Shown: positions 48,742 to 58,342, numbered from the stretch's first letter. The stretch is 64,000 nucleotides of DNA from Nitrosopumilus sp. (GCA_965218695.1 OZ244651.1:64001-128000); one strand, 5' to 3'. A program made the numbers and translations. Notes: generated by a model from the sequence alone, not told the origin.

Positions 48742-49596
48742 GTGGTTCAAAGGCAGATTCTTGCAACTTCTAAACCGTTTCTAAAATGGGCAGGTGGGAA
48801 GCGCCAGCTGATTCATGTGTTGAATGAGAACGTCCCTGACACGTTTGGAAGATATTTTGAGCCGTTCCTGGGAGGCGGGGCACTGTTGTTTCATACGATG
48901 GCTACCAGACCCGGCCATGAGTACAGAGTATCTGATCTGAACCCGGATCTTGTCTGTTCGTATGTTACAATCCGGGACAAGGTAGATGATCTGATCTCCT
49001 CCCTTAGGGTTCATGCAAAGAGATATCATCGTGAACCCCAAGAGTACTATTATGAAGTACGTGCAAGCCGGCCTAATGGCAATGTGGAAAAGACATCCCG
49101 GACGATATTTCTGAACCGGACCTGTTTTAACGGGCTGTATCGGGTCAACAGTAAGGGACTCTTTAACGTGCCTTTTGGAAAATACCCCAACCCCAAAATC
49201 GTAAACGAGGACAATCTACGCTCTGTGAGTTGGGCCCTGAGGGACAACAGCGTATCGATCATGTGCCGCGATTTTGAGTCGATTCTTGATGAGGCTTGTG
49301 AGGGAGACTTTGTCTACCTCGATCCTCCGTATCAGCCGGTAAGTTCTACTGCCAGCTTTACCAGTTATACCAAGAAGGATTTTGTAGACGGCGGACTGGA
49401 AAGGCTTGCCAGACTCTGCACAAGGCTGGATTCGAAGGAGTGCAGGGTTCTCCTCTCAAACTCCGACTCTGAGGAGGTCATTGATCTGTTCTCTTCCAGA
49501 CCGTGGAGTATTGACAGGATTCGCGCAAACCGTGCGATCAACTCCAACCCTAAAAGAAGGACAGGTCACTTTGAACTTTTAATAAAAAACTACTAG
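48742..49596 (+). CDS. dam: Dam-family (D12 class) N6-adenine DNA methyltransferase, orphan
   Basis: KPFLKWAGGK, EPFLGGGA, FNGLYRVNSKG.FNVPFG, DPPY. Confidence 0.92.
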   Translation: MVQRQILATSKPFLKWAGGKRQLIHVLNENVPDTFGRYFEPFLGGGALLFHTMATRPGHEYRVSDLNPDLVCSYVTIRDKVDDLISSLRVHAKRYHREPQEYYYEVRASRPNGNVEKTSRTIFLNRTCFNGLYRVNSKGLFNVPFGKYPNPKIVNEDNLRSVSWALRDNSVSIMCRDFESILDEACEGDFVYLDPPYQPVSSTASFTSYTKKDFVDGGLERLARLCTRLDSKECRVLLSNSDSEEVIDLFSSRPWSIDRIRANRAINSNPKRRTGHFELLIKNY

Positions 49597-49713
49597 GGCG
49601 GCATGTTCTGATGCGGCATATCAAGTTGCATTCTGTGGACTCCTGTCATGATGGATTTTGGACGAACATGACTGCTTGTAGCATGATCTGTTACAGATGT
49701 TGATGATGAATGA

Positions 49714-49787
49714 AGCTTCGAGCGGGATCCGGACCCGCGACCTTTACCTTACCAAGGTAACGCTCTACCAGGCTGAGCTATCGAAGC
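49714..49787 (-). tRNA. tRNA-Thr(GGT)
   Basis: Cloverleaf GCTTCGA...TCGAAGC; anticodon loop TTGGTAA; atypical T-loop TCCGGAT. Confidence 0.9.
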
Positions 49788-49884
49788 AATACCTTTCCAA
49801 GATGCAAAATCCTTATAATTCTTCACGTATGGCGCAATCCTACTTCTCTAAACTGTTAAATCTTGTACACCTATTTACAATTCC

Positions 49885-50005
49885 GGAGGAGTAATCAAGC
49901 CTGGCCAAAGTAAGTACTTGTACTTTTGGACATGCAGGACTTAAGATCAAATAATGGGTGATCCTGTTCCTAAGGGGTTCGCGGGTTCAAATCCCGCCTC
50001 CTCCA
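49885..50005 (+). tRNA. tRNA-Leu(TAA) with two introns (49911-49931, 49946-49960)
   Basis: After splicing it folds as a type II tRNA with anticodon loop CTTAAGA and a variable arm; both introns form BHB-like motifs. Confidence 0.88.
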
Positions 50006-50392
50006 CTACTCTGGATGTCTGACTCCTCTGGCGTTCAGGATCTCGTAGACATCAGGCAGTGAGAACACAAATCCTACATGTACACAGTTCTTCTCCTCAC
50101 ATAGGAAGCAGAACAGTTCTCCATTCTGGATTGCAACCTCGACAATCCTGTTTTTGATGTTGTCCTTTAGTATTACGCGATCATCATCTATGCTGATCTT
50201 TTCAAGCTTTGGTGCGTACACTGCAAACGTCTTGTCCTTCCTCATTGCCTCCTCAAGCATGTATGTCACATAACCTGAAAAGCTGTTGACGCCCCTCGTC
50301 GCAAGGTCATTTTTACTCTGCTCATAGACCTCTTGGAACCTATCGTAGATGTTCTCCGAAACCGTTATTGATTTGAATCCTGCTTTTGGCAA
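50006..50392 (-). CDS. Conserved hypothetical protein (RHH-like N-terminus, CxxC-x4-CxH C-terminus)
   Basis: FKSITVSE..Y; CFLCEEKNCVH. Confidence 0.8.
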   Translation of the reverse strand: MPKAGFKSITVSENIYDRFQEVYEQSKNDLATRGVNSFSGYVTYMLEEAMRKDKTFAVYAPKLEKISIDDDRVILKDNIKNRIVEVAIQNGELFCFLCEEKNCVHVGFVFSLPDVYEILNARGVRHPE

Positions 50393-50454
50393 TTTACTTT
50401 CCTGTTACTGTACATTAAAGTACCTGTGTATATAACCTTTTATGGTGGTGCGGG

Positions 50455-51999
50455 GTATGAATTCACCTGCCCCTTATATCAGTCGACCAACTTCTTCGGC
50501 CACGCTCTTGCCATGTGCCCTCCACGTGAGGACGCACGTGACAAAATCTGCAAGGCGCTTCATGGCCTTGGAGCCGCCCTTGGTCTGCCCGCTTATCTTG
50601 CGGAACACCACCAGGTAGCGCAGCGCCCTCTCGCTGGCGTTGTTTGTAGGCTCGACGCCGGGATGCTCCAGGAACGCAAACATGCGGTGCAGGTGCCTCT
50701 CGAGCTTGTCCAGCACCTTTTGCATGTCGTCATCGTCACCACCACCACCGGCATCGCGGTACCGGTCAAGCACGTCCTGCATGGTGCGGTTCATCGTATG
50801 CCGCAGCTGTGGCGAGCGCGCCTCCTGCGCGGCCAGCAGTTTTGCCCTCTCAAACACCCACTTGTGGTCCTCGTGGAGCTGCTGCTGCCGCCGCCGGACA
50901 CGTTTGGTCTCGGGAGGCACGGCGCAGTATTTTTCTGCCAGGTGCCTTGTCTGCCGGAGGTCGTGCGCCCAGCACGACTGGTGCATGCCGTCCTTGTCAA
51001 ACCTGTCATATCCGGTGTACCCGTCAGTTATCGCCACCCCGTCAAATTTGTCCATGGCATCGAGCATGAGCGTGGCCCTGCTCTGGCTGATGTTTATTGC
51101 GATGTTTTTGCCCGACTGTGCCACGTTTGCGTGTACCTTCTGGCCGTCGTTTCGCCAGCTGGTTTCGTCAAACCCGGCACAGTCAGAAGCCTCCACTTCC
51201 CCGAGGATCCTGCCTGCCTCGTGGCCCGAGGCGTCCCCGACGCGTGCCATGATGTTGTTGACGGTGGATCCTGCAAGCATAATGCCCGTTATGGAGCGCA
51301 CCGCGACCGAGATTCCCTTGAGCGGCACCCGTGCCGCGCGCAGTTCTGAGACGAGTCCGACCATGCCCTTGCCGAAGTTGCCCCGCCGCGGCAGGTCGTT
51401 TGGAGCATCTTCCCTGCGGCCGCATGAGCCGCATACTGCAGTCTCCACGCGGTGCCGCGTCTCGCACGCAGTCACCCTGATGTCCGTGATGTCCCGCACG
51501 CGCGGACTGCCAATCGCCATCCGGCCGCCGCCGCCGCCGCACCCGCATTCCGGGAGCACCGGCACCCGCCTCCTGCCCGACTTCCTGCGCCCGAACCTGT
51601 GGGATACGGTCCTTTCCGGGTCGTGGGGGCGCGACGCCCCCGCGTGTCCCTTTCTTCCCCCGCGCTTGGATTTGCCCTCCTTTTCCTGTTTTTTTGCCCG
51701 CTCCCTCTTCTGGGCCTTCCATTCCAGGGATTCAGATGAGGGCGGCGTGTTGGGGTTTGTATAGTATGTCATGAGGCGTTCGCTGTACCCCAAGGCCCTT
51801 TCAAGACGTTCTATCCTGCCAAGTGCCTTCTCAAGATCGGATTTGAGGGTGGCAATCTCCCGGTTCCGTGCTAGGAGTTCCTCTTTTAGCTGGTCCCTGC
51901 TCATGTGCCGTGAATTTACCATGTAAAGTGATGTGTATTGCCAGCATATGGATCAGTATGATCATTTTTTTGTGACAGGAAGGACAGGTGAATTCATAC
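50455..51999 (-). mobile_element. IS66-family element (single ORF)
   Basis: TIR GTATGAATTCACCTG. 8-bp TSD GGTGCGGG at 50447-50454 and 52000-52007. Confidence 0.93.
50474..51922 (-). CDS. IS66 transposase
   Basis: NTPPSS, FDETSW, TDGYTGY, HQSCWAH, PTNNASERALR. Confidence 0.93.
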   Translation of the reverse strand: MVNSRHMSRDQLKEELLARNREIATLKSDLEKALGRIERLERALGYSERLMTYYTNPNTPPSSESLEWKAQKRERAKKQEKEGKSKRGGRKGHAGASRPHDPERTVSHRFGRRKSGRRRVPVLPECGCGGGGGRMAIGSPRVRDITDIRVTACETRHRVETAVCGSCGRREDAPNDLPRRGNFGKGMVGLVSELRAARVPLKGISVAVRSITGIMLAGSTVNNIMARVGDASGHEAGRILGEVEASDCAGFDETSWRNDGQKVHANVAQSGKNIAINISQSRATLMLDAMDKFDGVAITDGYTGYDRFDKDGMHQSCWAHDLRQTRHLAEKYCAVPPETKRVRRRQQQLHEDHKWVFERAKLLAAQEARSPQLRHTMNRTMQDVLDRYRDAGGGGDDDDMQKVLDKLERHLHRMFAFLEHPGVEPTNNASERALRYLVVFRKISGQTKGGSKAMKRLADFVTCVLTWRAHGKSVAEEVGRLI

Positions 52000-52004
52000 G
52001 GTGC

Positions 52005-53217
52005 GGGTGTGTCCTAGTAATAAAAAATGCCATTTCATGTGCCAAGATGCCAAAGACATGATTGGTGCCAGAACCCGTCGACGCCAACAGTGCCGCACCA
52101 TCGATCCTCCACAACCCATAAAATCCCCCAAATCCAAGACACGGTGCGGAGGCTCCGCTAGGAAGCGCGTGGTGAAACGCGCCAGCTATGCTGCAAGTGT
52201 CGCGATTTGATCCTGTGTGAGCCTGCCGTCTTTTGCCTGCAATCTGGCCACGAGCTCGATGTTGTAGCACATGACACGGATCGCAGTCTCCCTTGTCCGG
52301 TTCTCGTGTTTTCGGCACCTGGTGCTGTCCCCGTACATCTTCTTGAGGGCGGCAAAGACTGCCTCGATGATGCTGCGCTGGTGGTATTCCGAGTCAAACC
52401 TGTCCCGTTCATCCATGTACAGGCTTACCATCTCGCGCCACGACTGGCTTCCCCTGGCGTTGCGTATGGTGTTGGATTTTGGCTTGATGCGGGGTACCAT
52501 TCCCATCGCAGATATCATGTTGCACATTAGCCTTGCCAGATATGCAGAATCCAGGCAAAAGTCGCCGGTGCCCCGGCCTAACCTGCCGAGCATCGCGTAC
52601 AGCCCGTTTATGTCTGCCACTGCGCTGTCAGTCACCATGCAGTCGATTATCACCCTGGTGCGGATATCCACGATTGCGTGCAGTTTGACCCATCCCTTTC
52701 TGGTACGAAAACTGTCGGTCCTGACGTCAAACCACCTGACAAACCGCAGGTACGAGTATCCGGTACCGTCTGCTGCCAGGGAGCCTGCCTCCACCTCCCT
52801 GATGGCAATCCGGTGTGCCTCTGCCAGGTACCATTCCGGGATCAGGCCGTAGGCGCGTGCTATCGTGCTCTTGGAGGGAATTTTCTCTAGGCCCATCTTG
52901 GCTGCCATGGCGCTATTGTTTCGGAGGATGCCGACCATCTTACGGTAGGTCGTGCGCTGTGCCTCAAGCATGATGCAGACAGCTGCCATGGCGCCAGGCG
53001 GGTATGCCGTCATGCCGCCCAGGCCGGGCCTGACGGCGTACGGATCCCCAAGATTCTTGATTATTCCCAGCACGGTATTCAGCATGAGGCCCGACAGGTA
53101 CTGCTGAACCAAATCGTACTGTCGTTGGTCGCGTTTCTTTGTAGTCATTAGGCGATGCCGTGATCCGCCGATCCATATCTTTTGTCATCCGGGGGTATAT
53201 GCCTCTAGGACACACCC
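52005..53217 (-). mobile_element. IS5-family element, intact copy
   Basis: TIR GGGTGTGTCCTAG. 9-bp TSD TGGTGGTGC at 50443-50451 and 53218-53226, separated by the IS66. Confidence 0.92.
52186..53148 (-). CDS. IS5-family DDE transposase
   Basis: ADGTG, KLHAIVD, LDSAY, YHQRSIIEAVFAALK. Confidence 0.92.
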   Translation of the reverse strand: MTTKKRDQRQYDLVQQYLSGLMLNTVLGIIKNLGDPYAVRPGLGGMTAYPPGAMAAVCIMLEAQRTTYRKMVGILRNNSAMAAKMGLEKIPSKSTIARAYGLIPEWYLAEAHRIAIREVEAGSLAADGTGYSYLRFVRWFDVRTDSFRTRKGWVKLHAIVDIRTRVIIDCMVTDSAVADINGLYAMLGRLGRGTGDFCLDSAYLARLMCNMISAMGMVPRIKPKSNTIRNARGSQSWREMVSLYMDERDRFDSEYHQRSIIEAVFAALKKMYGDSTRCRKHENRTRETAIRVMCYNIELVARLQAKDGRLTQDQIATLAA

Positions 53218-53563
53218 TGGTGGTGCAGTGTGCCGGATCCGTCCGTCACAGCATGGACAGGATTATGTTTGACACACTGCATGTGTGGGAAATCCGGTTG
53301 TAGATGTCCTGATAATGTCCTTTTGTATGCAGATCCGGGCTTATTCAACAAGTATCATATAAGCCAGCAATGCCATGTAGTGTCATGGGTGTTATCCAGA
53401 TTGTAAAAGGCAGGACTGATCTTGCGTGTGCGCCAGATTCAACCGGCCGGCCGGAGCTTCTTGCAGGGGCCCGCCTTCTGCCTGAAGGGATTGAATCCGA
53501 GACGGGACAGGTTGCAGACGGATCCATGCCAGGACTCATCACACATCCGGGATTGTTGTGGAA

Positions 53564-54082
53564 ATGAACCTGCGAATCCCCGTCACCAAATTGGAACCGT
53601 TGCCGTTTAAGATAAAGACATTTGGCTACAACCGATACCGGATCGAACATCCAAAGATTAGCGGTATCCTGAACCTTGGACACATTGTTACACGCGTTAG
53701 CAAGGTTCCGGATTCCATGATTCCAAAGCAACCCCTGCCTGACGGAATTGCCGTGGCAGTGGAATACCATCCAATTATGTCATTTACCAACCAGGGTCAC
53801 AGGAATACCCCGTCACAAAAGTTGCCTACGCCGCAGGAACTTGGCACTTCAAAAAAGCAGGAACTTACAGGTTTTATCATTGATGCAGAAAACTATGAGC
53901 CCTGGAACGAATATGTGCTGGAGAAGCCGGTTCCAAGACTGCTAAAGACGCGTACGGTGCTAGTCAAGATAGAATGGGTGGTTGACTGCTATGATCGCGT
54001 AGGGGATCCGGCACTCGTAGTCAAGCCAAACACAATCCACTCCATTTCAAACACGGACGCGCCAGAATCCGGCATGCGCTAG
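53564..54082 (+). CDS. Hypothetical protein with apparent internal domain duplication
   Basis: GYNRYRIE...LNLGHIVTRV versus PWNEYVLE...LKTRTVLVKI. Confidence 0.65.
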   Translation: MNLRIPVTKLEPLPFKIKTFGYNRYRIEHPKISGILNLGHIVTRVSKVPDSMIPKQPLPDGIAVAVEYHPIMSFTNQGHRNTPSQKLPTPQELGTSKKQELTGFIIDAENYEPWNEYVLEKPVPRLLKTRTVLVKIEWVVDCYDRVGDPALVVKPNTIHSISNTDAPESGMR

Positions 54083-54299
54083 ATCAGCCATTCCGGCAAT
54101 CATCCATGTCATACACCATGCGCAGTTTGCAGCGCTGATGCATGCGTGGCTCCCGTGGCAGGTCCCAGCAGATACAACAGGCCGGCTGACTTGCACGCGG
54201 TACGAAAAATTGCAAGGCCCTGTGGCAGGGGATGGGATGTTAATCCATAGCACAACCGTGTAAAAATAGTCTTTATATCATCTGCAACGCAGATGTATC

Positions 54300-55193
54300 A
54301 TGGCCCGCGGGTATGGCATGAATGAGATGCGGCAGAATCTTATCCGGATCATGGGCGATTCCAAGACCGAGATGTCCGGAGTGGAACTCTCCCGGAGGCT
54401 AGGGATCAGCAGAATCACCATGGCCAAATATCTTGCCCTCTTTGAGACCGGGGGGTTGCTCCGCAAGAGGGGCATCGGCAACGTTACCCTGTGGTCGCTG
54501 GAGCCGGAACAAGAATCATTTGACTTTCCTGATGATTACTTCAAGGTGGCCCAAATGTATCTCAGGTACCTGACTGAGAATTCGGAGGATCAGGCATTTT
54601 TACTACTCCAAAACTGTATGGATTCAGGCGGTGTCATCAGCAGGCTTATCCTTGAAGTGATCATGCCCGCAGTTGATTCGGTCCGGGTAATGTATGACGA
54701 CGGCAGGATCGGAACCGCCGAACGCAGCCTACTTGAGACTGCAATATCCCGTTCCCTGCACATGCTAAGTCAGGCACAGTCTGCCGTTCAGCCGGAAAAA
54801 AATGTAGTCGTGATAGCAGCTGACTCTCAGAGCAGACTGGTATCTGAGATTGCCTCTGCTGCGTACCGCTCCGATGGCTGGAAGGTGTCTCATCTGGGGG
54901 ACATGTCTATGGCAATCAACGTCCTTTTTGATCTCGACTTTCAAAAACTGATCCGAAAGGTGTGGAGACAGAAACCAGGAATTCTGATCGTGGTGGTATT
55001 TTCGCACAGCGTAGAGGGGTTCAGTTTTTTTGCAGACTCTGTAAAACAGATCCGGTCAAAGTCAGGAAGACGCATAAAGCTGGTTCTTTGTGGCAAACTC
55101 TCGGACAGATTCGGACATGAATCCGATCTGCTGACTGAAAGGGTGGAGGACGTATTGCAGTGGTCCGCAACTGTATCTGGGAATCTCAAGTAG
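54300..55193 (+). CDS. wHTH transcriptional regulator with cobalamin-binding-like domains
   Basis: SGVELSRRLGISRITMAKYL HTH; VIMPA...YDDGRIG four-helix cap; DGWKVSHLG Rossmann domain. Confidence 0.82.
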   Translation: MARGYGMNEMRQNLIRIMGDSKTEMSGVELSRRLGISRITMAKYLALFETGGLLRKRGIGNVTLWSLEPEQESFDFPDDYFKVAQMYLRYLTENSEDQAFLLLQNCMDSGGVISRLILEVIMPAVDSVRVMYDDGRIGTAERSLLETAISRSLHMLSQAQSAVQPEKNVVVIAADSQSRLVSEIASAAYRSDGWKVSHLGDMSMAINVLFDLDFQKLIRKVWRQKPGILIVVVFSHSVEGFSFFADSVKQIRSKSGRRIKLVLCGKLSDRFGHESDLLTERVEDVLQWSATVSGNLK

Positions 55194-55197
55194 AGGA

Positions 55198-55272
55198 TGG
55201 GCCCGATGAGATTCGAACTCATGACCTTTCGATTATCAGTCGAACGCTCCAGCCAAGCTGAGCTACGAGCCC
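55198..55272 (-). tRNA. tRNA-Ile(GAT)
   Basis: GGGCTCG...CGGGCCCA; anticodon loop CTGATAA; TTCGAAT T-loop. Confidence 0.95.
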
Positions 55273-55371
55273 ACTAGAAATTTTCCTAGTTGGAGCCATT
55301 TAAGTTTAATTTATGGTTTGGGTATTGGATCCTGACAAGCCGTGCAAGTTCGGACCCACCTTGCCGGCCGA

Positions 55372-55923
55372 CTATTCCTTCCACTTGATCGAGCATCCGA
55401 TTGACGGATCAAAATCCTTTTCAATACTCTTGCCCTCAAGCAGTCTCTTGATGTTGTTTATCATCGTCTTTTCAGTGGCCGTGTCCCCCGGGCTCATGGC
55501 GTTGTCGATTCTTCCGTGAAAGACAAGCCTCTTTTGAGCATCAAACAGGAATGGATCCGGCGTGCACATTGCACCATACCTTCTGGCAGTCTCCTGCGAT
55601 TCGTCGATCAGGTAGTCAAATCCAAATCCCTTCTCTTTTGCAGTCTGTTTCATTGCCTCAAAGCTGTCTTCTGGATAACTGGTTGAATCGTTGCTGTTGA
55701 TCCCCACTATTGCAATGCTGTCTCCAAATTTTTCATACAGCTCGTTTAGTGCGTCTGCCTTGGCCTTTACATACGGACAGTGGTTGCACATGAAGATGAC
55801 CAAGATTCCCCTGTAACTGTCATAGTCCCCAAGTGCATGTGTCCCGTCATCAACTCCGAGCAGTTCAAAGTCCGGTGCCACATCGCCTGCTTTGAGCTTG
55901 ATCTGTGACTCCAAAAGTACCAT
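55372..55923 (-). CDS. AhpC/TSA-family thioredoxin-like protein
   Basis: APDFEL, FMCNHCPYV, CTPDPF, SIGCSIKW. Confidence 0.92.
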   Translation of the reverse strand: MVLLESQIKLKAGDVAPDFELLGVDDGTHALGDYDSYRGILVIFMCNHCPYVKAKADALNELYEKFGDSIAIVGINSNDSTSYPEDSFEAMKQTAKEKGFGFDYLIDESQETARRYGAMCTPDPFLFDAQKRLVFHGRIDNAMSPGDTATEKTMINNIKRLLEGKSIEKDFDPSIGCSIKWKE

Positions 55924-56150
55924 GCATGAGTGCGTGCTGTCTGTAAATAAAATCCTTACCAGATCGCCAGTGTGTGTTTTGCCGGCTGCGTCAAGTCCTG
56001 TATCTCCTGCTGCACGGTATGAAGGATTCCGCACTGACACCTGCGGGAATCCGTTCTGCCATTAACAGTCGCCTGTCCGCACACTCGCAGTTCTCCCGGG
56101 GAGACATCGCACACAACAATTAAAATCAGCACCGGGACTACCCCTCGCGT

Positions 56151-56227
56151 GGGCCGGTAGTATAGCCTGGTAGTATACCCGCCTTGCACGCGGGGGGTCA
56201 CGGATTCAAATTCCGTCCGGTCCACCA
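56151..56227 (+). tRNA. tRNA-Ala(TGC)
   Basis: G3:U70 pair, anticodon loop CTTGCAC, followed by CCA. Confidence 0.95.
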
Positions 56228-56293
56228 TCCTCCATGTCCGACAGGATTCAATCCTTTGGATGGATTTAAATAGGATAAGTTTCAGTTCTTTTC

Positions 56294-56395
56294 ATGGCAA
56301 GTGTAGCAGACGGATGGCCTGTATTCATTCCAATGATCGTAGGTTTGGCACCAGGACTGATTTACTGGCTGGCAATTACCGCAAGGAGAAAATAA
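56294..56395 (+). CDS. 33-aa single-TM small protein (absent from the ORF track)
   Basis: MASVADGWPVFIPMIVGLAPGLIYWLAITARRK; TTTAAATA about 25 bp upstream; T-tracts downstream. Confidence 0.75.
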   Translation: MASVADGWPVFIPMIVGLAPGLIYWLAITARRK

Positions 56396-56621
56396 TCTCT
56401 TATTTTTAATCTCTTTTTAGTACACCCTTATCGACTAGATTGCTCCATTCCGGCATGTCCATGCATCGGATGCAGGAGATCACAGGTATTCCCTCATGGC
56501 ATCTCCGTTGCAGCATACGTGTCCTGAGACATGATCCCCGTGTTTGGTTAAACGTTGTTACCTTTCTTGTTCATTATATCATACGCTGTACAACATTAAT
56601 CACTATCTCCAACAACATTTG

Positions 56622-57668
56622 ATGCATGGTGCTGTTCTTGGCATATCCATAATCCTAATGCTGGTTCCATTCTCAGATGGATTCTCACAGGGCTCCTCTA
56701 CGCAGCTTGGCCTACCCCTGAAGGCCTCTCATGTCTATCAGGACACTGAAGGGTACACCGTCGTAGTCGGAGTTGTTGAAAACATCAACCAGCTGTCTGC
56801 TGTTGCCAACGTCTTCATTCACGTAACCTTTTATGGCAATGCCGGCCAGGAACCGCTGGAATATGCCTCTGGGGCCACCACGCTTGATGTGATTCCGTCC
56901 GGTGCAAGCTCTACGTTTGTCATAAGTTCTGAAACCCCAAACCCCGAGATAACAAATGCATCCGTACGTCTTTTGAGCTTTGATCTTGCAACAGAGAAAC
57001 AACACAACCTGACCGTATCCCCTGGCAATGTCGTATTTGACAATACATTTCGGTTCTCCGGCGTTCTGCAAAACGGTGCTGCACCGACTTCAGAGAACCG
57101 GGTTCATCTTGCCTTTTACGATGCCTTTGTACCACCACGGATACTTTCCGTCTTGACTGTGAACCTGGGTGATGTGGAACCCAACGCCGAGGTGGCCTTT
57201 GATGTTGAGGACGCGATCGATTCCAGGGCCGTTGGTTTTTCGCTGTTTGCCGAATCTGACATATTTTATTCTGATGTAGTCGATGTACAGATTCCGCCAC
57301 GCCATCTCTTGACAAAACTTGCCACAATACATGATGTTTCGGCAACAGACGAGTCAGGCGCAAGAGTCTCTGAGATTAATGCCGGTTCCACTGTAACAGT
57401 CAGCAGTTCGGTTGGGATTCAATATGTGGATGATCAGGACGCCCAGACGCCATACAAGTACTATGTCCAGATAAAGGAATCCGGAAGTTCTCCGGTCGTA
57501 GTATTTCTTGGGGTATATGATGGGGTGTTTGACGGCACGGCCCAGTCCCCAAATGTGGACTGGACTCCGGAAGAACCTGGCCTGTTCCTCATTGAGACGT
57601 TTGTGTGGGATGAAAACAACATACCAATCACCAACAATGGACCGATCGCCCTGTTTGTTGTAACCTAG
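56622..57668 (+). CDS. Secreted multi-Ig-like (FxLYD-like) protein
   Basis: Signal peptide; VVGVVEN..V.FY; WTPEEPGLFLIETFVW. Confidence 0.78.
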   Translation: MHGAVLGISIILMLVPFSDGFSQGSSTQLGLPLKASHVYQDTEGYTVVVGVVENINQLSAVANVFIHVTFYGNAGQEPLEYASGATTLDVIPSGASSTFVISSETPNPEITNASVRLLSFDLATEKQHNLTVSPGNVVFDNTFRFSGVLQNGAAPTSENRVHLAFYDAFVPPRILSVLTVNLGDVEPNAEVAFDVEDAIDSRAVGFSLFAESDIFYSDVVDVQIPPRHLLTKLATIHDVSATDESGARVSEINAGSTVTVSSSVGIQYVDDQDAQTPYKYYVQIKESGSSPVVVFLGVYDGVFDGTAQSPNVDWTPEEPGLFLIETFVWDENNIPITNNGPIALFVVT

Positions 57669-57818
57669 CACACTCCATGATGCCCAAAACTTCCTACACA
57701 TCCTGAATCATGTGCAGCCTTTCTGAACGCAGACATGCAGCTATCCCATCATGCCGAAATGAACAGGAGGCAGTCCTAAAGTGGTATGTTTATCTTCTGA
57801 TGGCATAATGTTTCTGTA

Positions 57819-58283
57819 ATGTCACGGTTCCCTCTTGTTGCCACAGGCGGCACGTTTGATATAATCCACAGGGGACATCTTGTCCTGCTTGGAACCGCGT
57901 TTGACATATCTGACAAGGTGATCATAGGGTTGACAAGTGACGAGTTTGCAGCTAGGCTGGGAAAGACGACTGCCAACAAGTATGCTCAAAGGTTTGATAA
58001 TCTGCGTGCTGCCATCTCAAGGGAGTTTCCAGACAAATCCTATACCATCGCAAGGCTGGATAATGATTTTGGACCTGCGGTCCTGGAGGAGACTGTCAAG
58101 GCTCTGGTGGTCAGCGAGGAAACTTGCAGGCAAGGCAGCGCACTTAATCGTCTGAGATCCAAAAGAGGGATCCCACCTGTCCAGATCATAACGGTTCCCA
58201 TGTATAATGCAAAAGATGGCGTACGGATATCCACTACTAGAATCAAAAACTTCGAGATTGATACTGAAGGGGACTTTGTTTGA
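57819..58283 (+). CDS. coaD: Phosphopantetheine adenylyltransferase
   Basis: GGTFDIIHRGH, GLTSD, VVSEET, ISTTRIK. Confidence 0.92.
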   Translation: MSRFPLVATGGTFDIIHRGHLVLLGTAFDISDKVIIGLTSDEFAARLGKTTANKYAQRFDNLRAAISREFPDKSYTIARLDNDFGPAVLEETVKALVVSEETCRQGSALNRLRSKRGIPPVQIITVPMYNAKDGVRISTTRIKNFEIDTEGDFV

Positions 58284-58342
58284 CAAGCAGCTTGCCGAAC
58301 TTTGAGCATTCCTGATAAAAGACAATCACAGGATCCTACAGG

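Noticed and set aside
48742-49596. Restriction-modification system
   Set aside because: No adjacent endonuclease; the gene is flanked by amoA and a tRNA, so it is treated as an orphan methylase.
49885-55272. tRNA-anchored integrated element between tRNA-Leu and tRNA-Ile
   Set aside because: No integrase and no duplicated tRNA 3' end were seen; the mobile content is explained by two IS elements.
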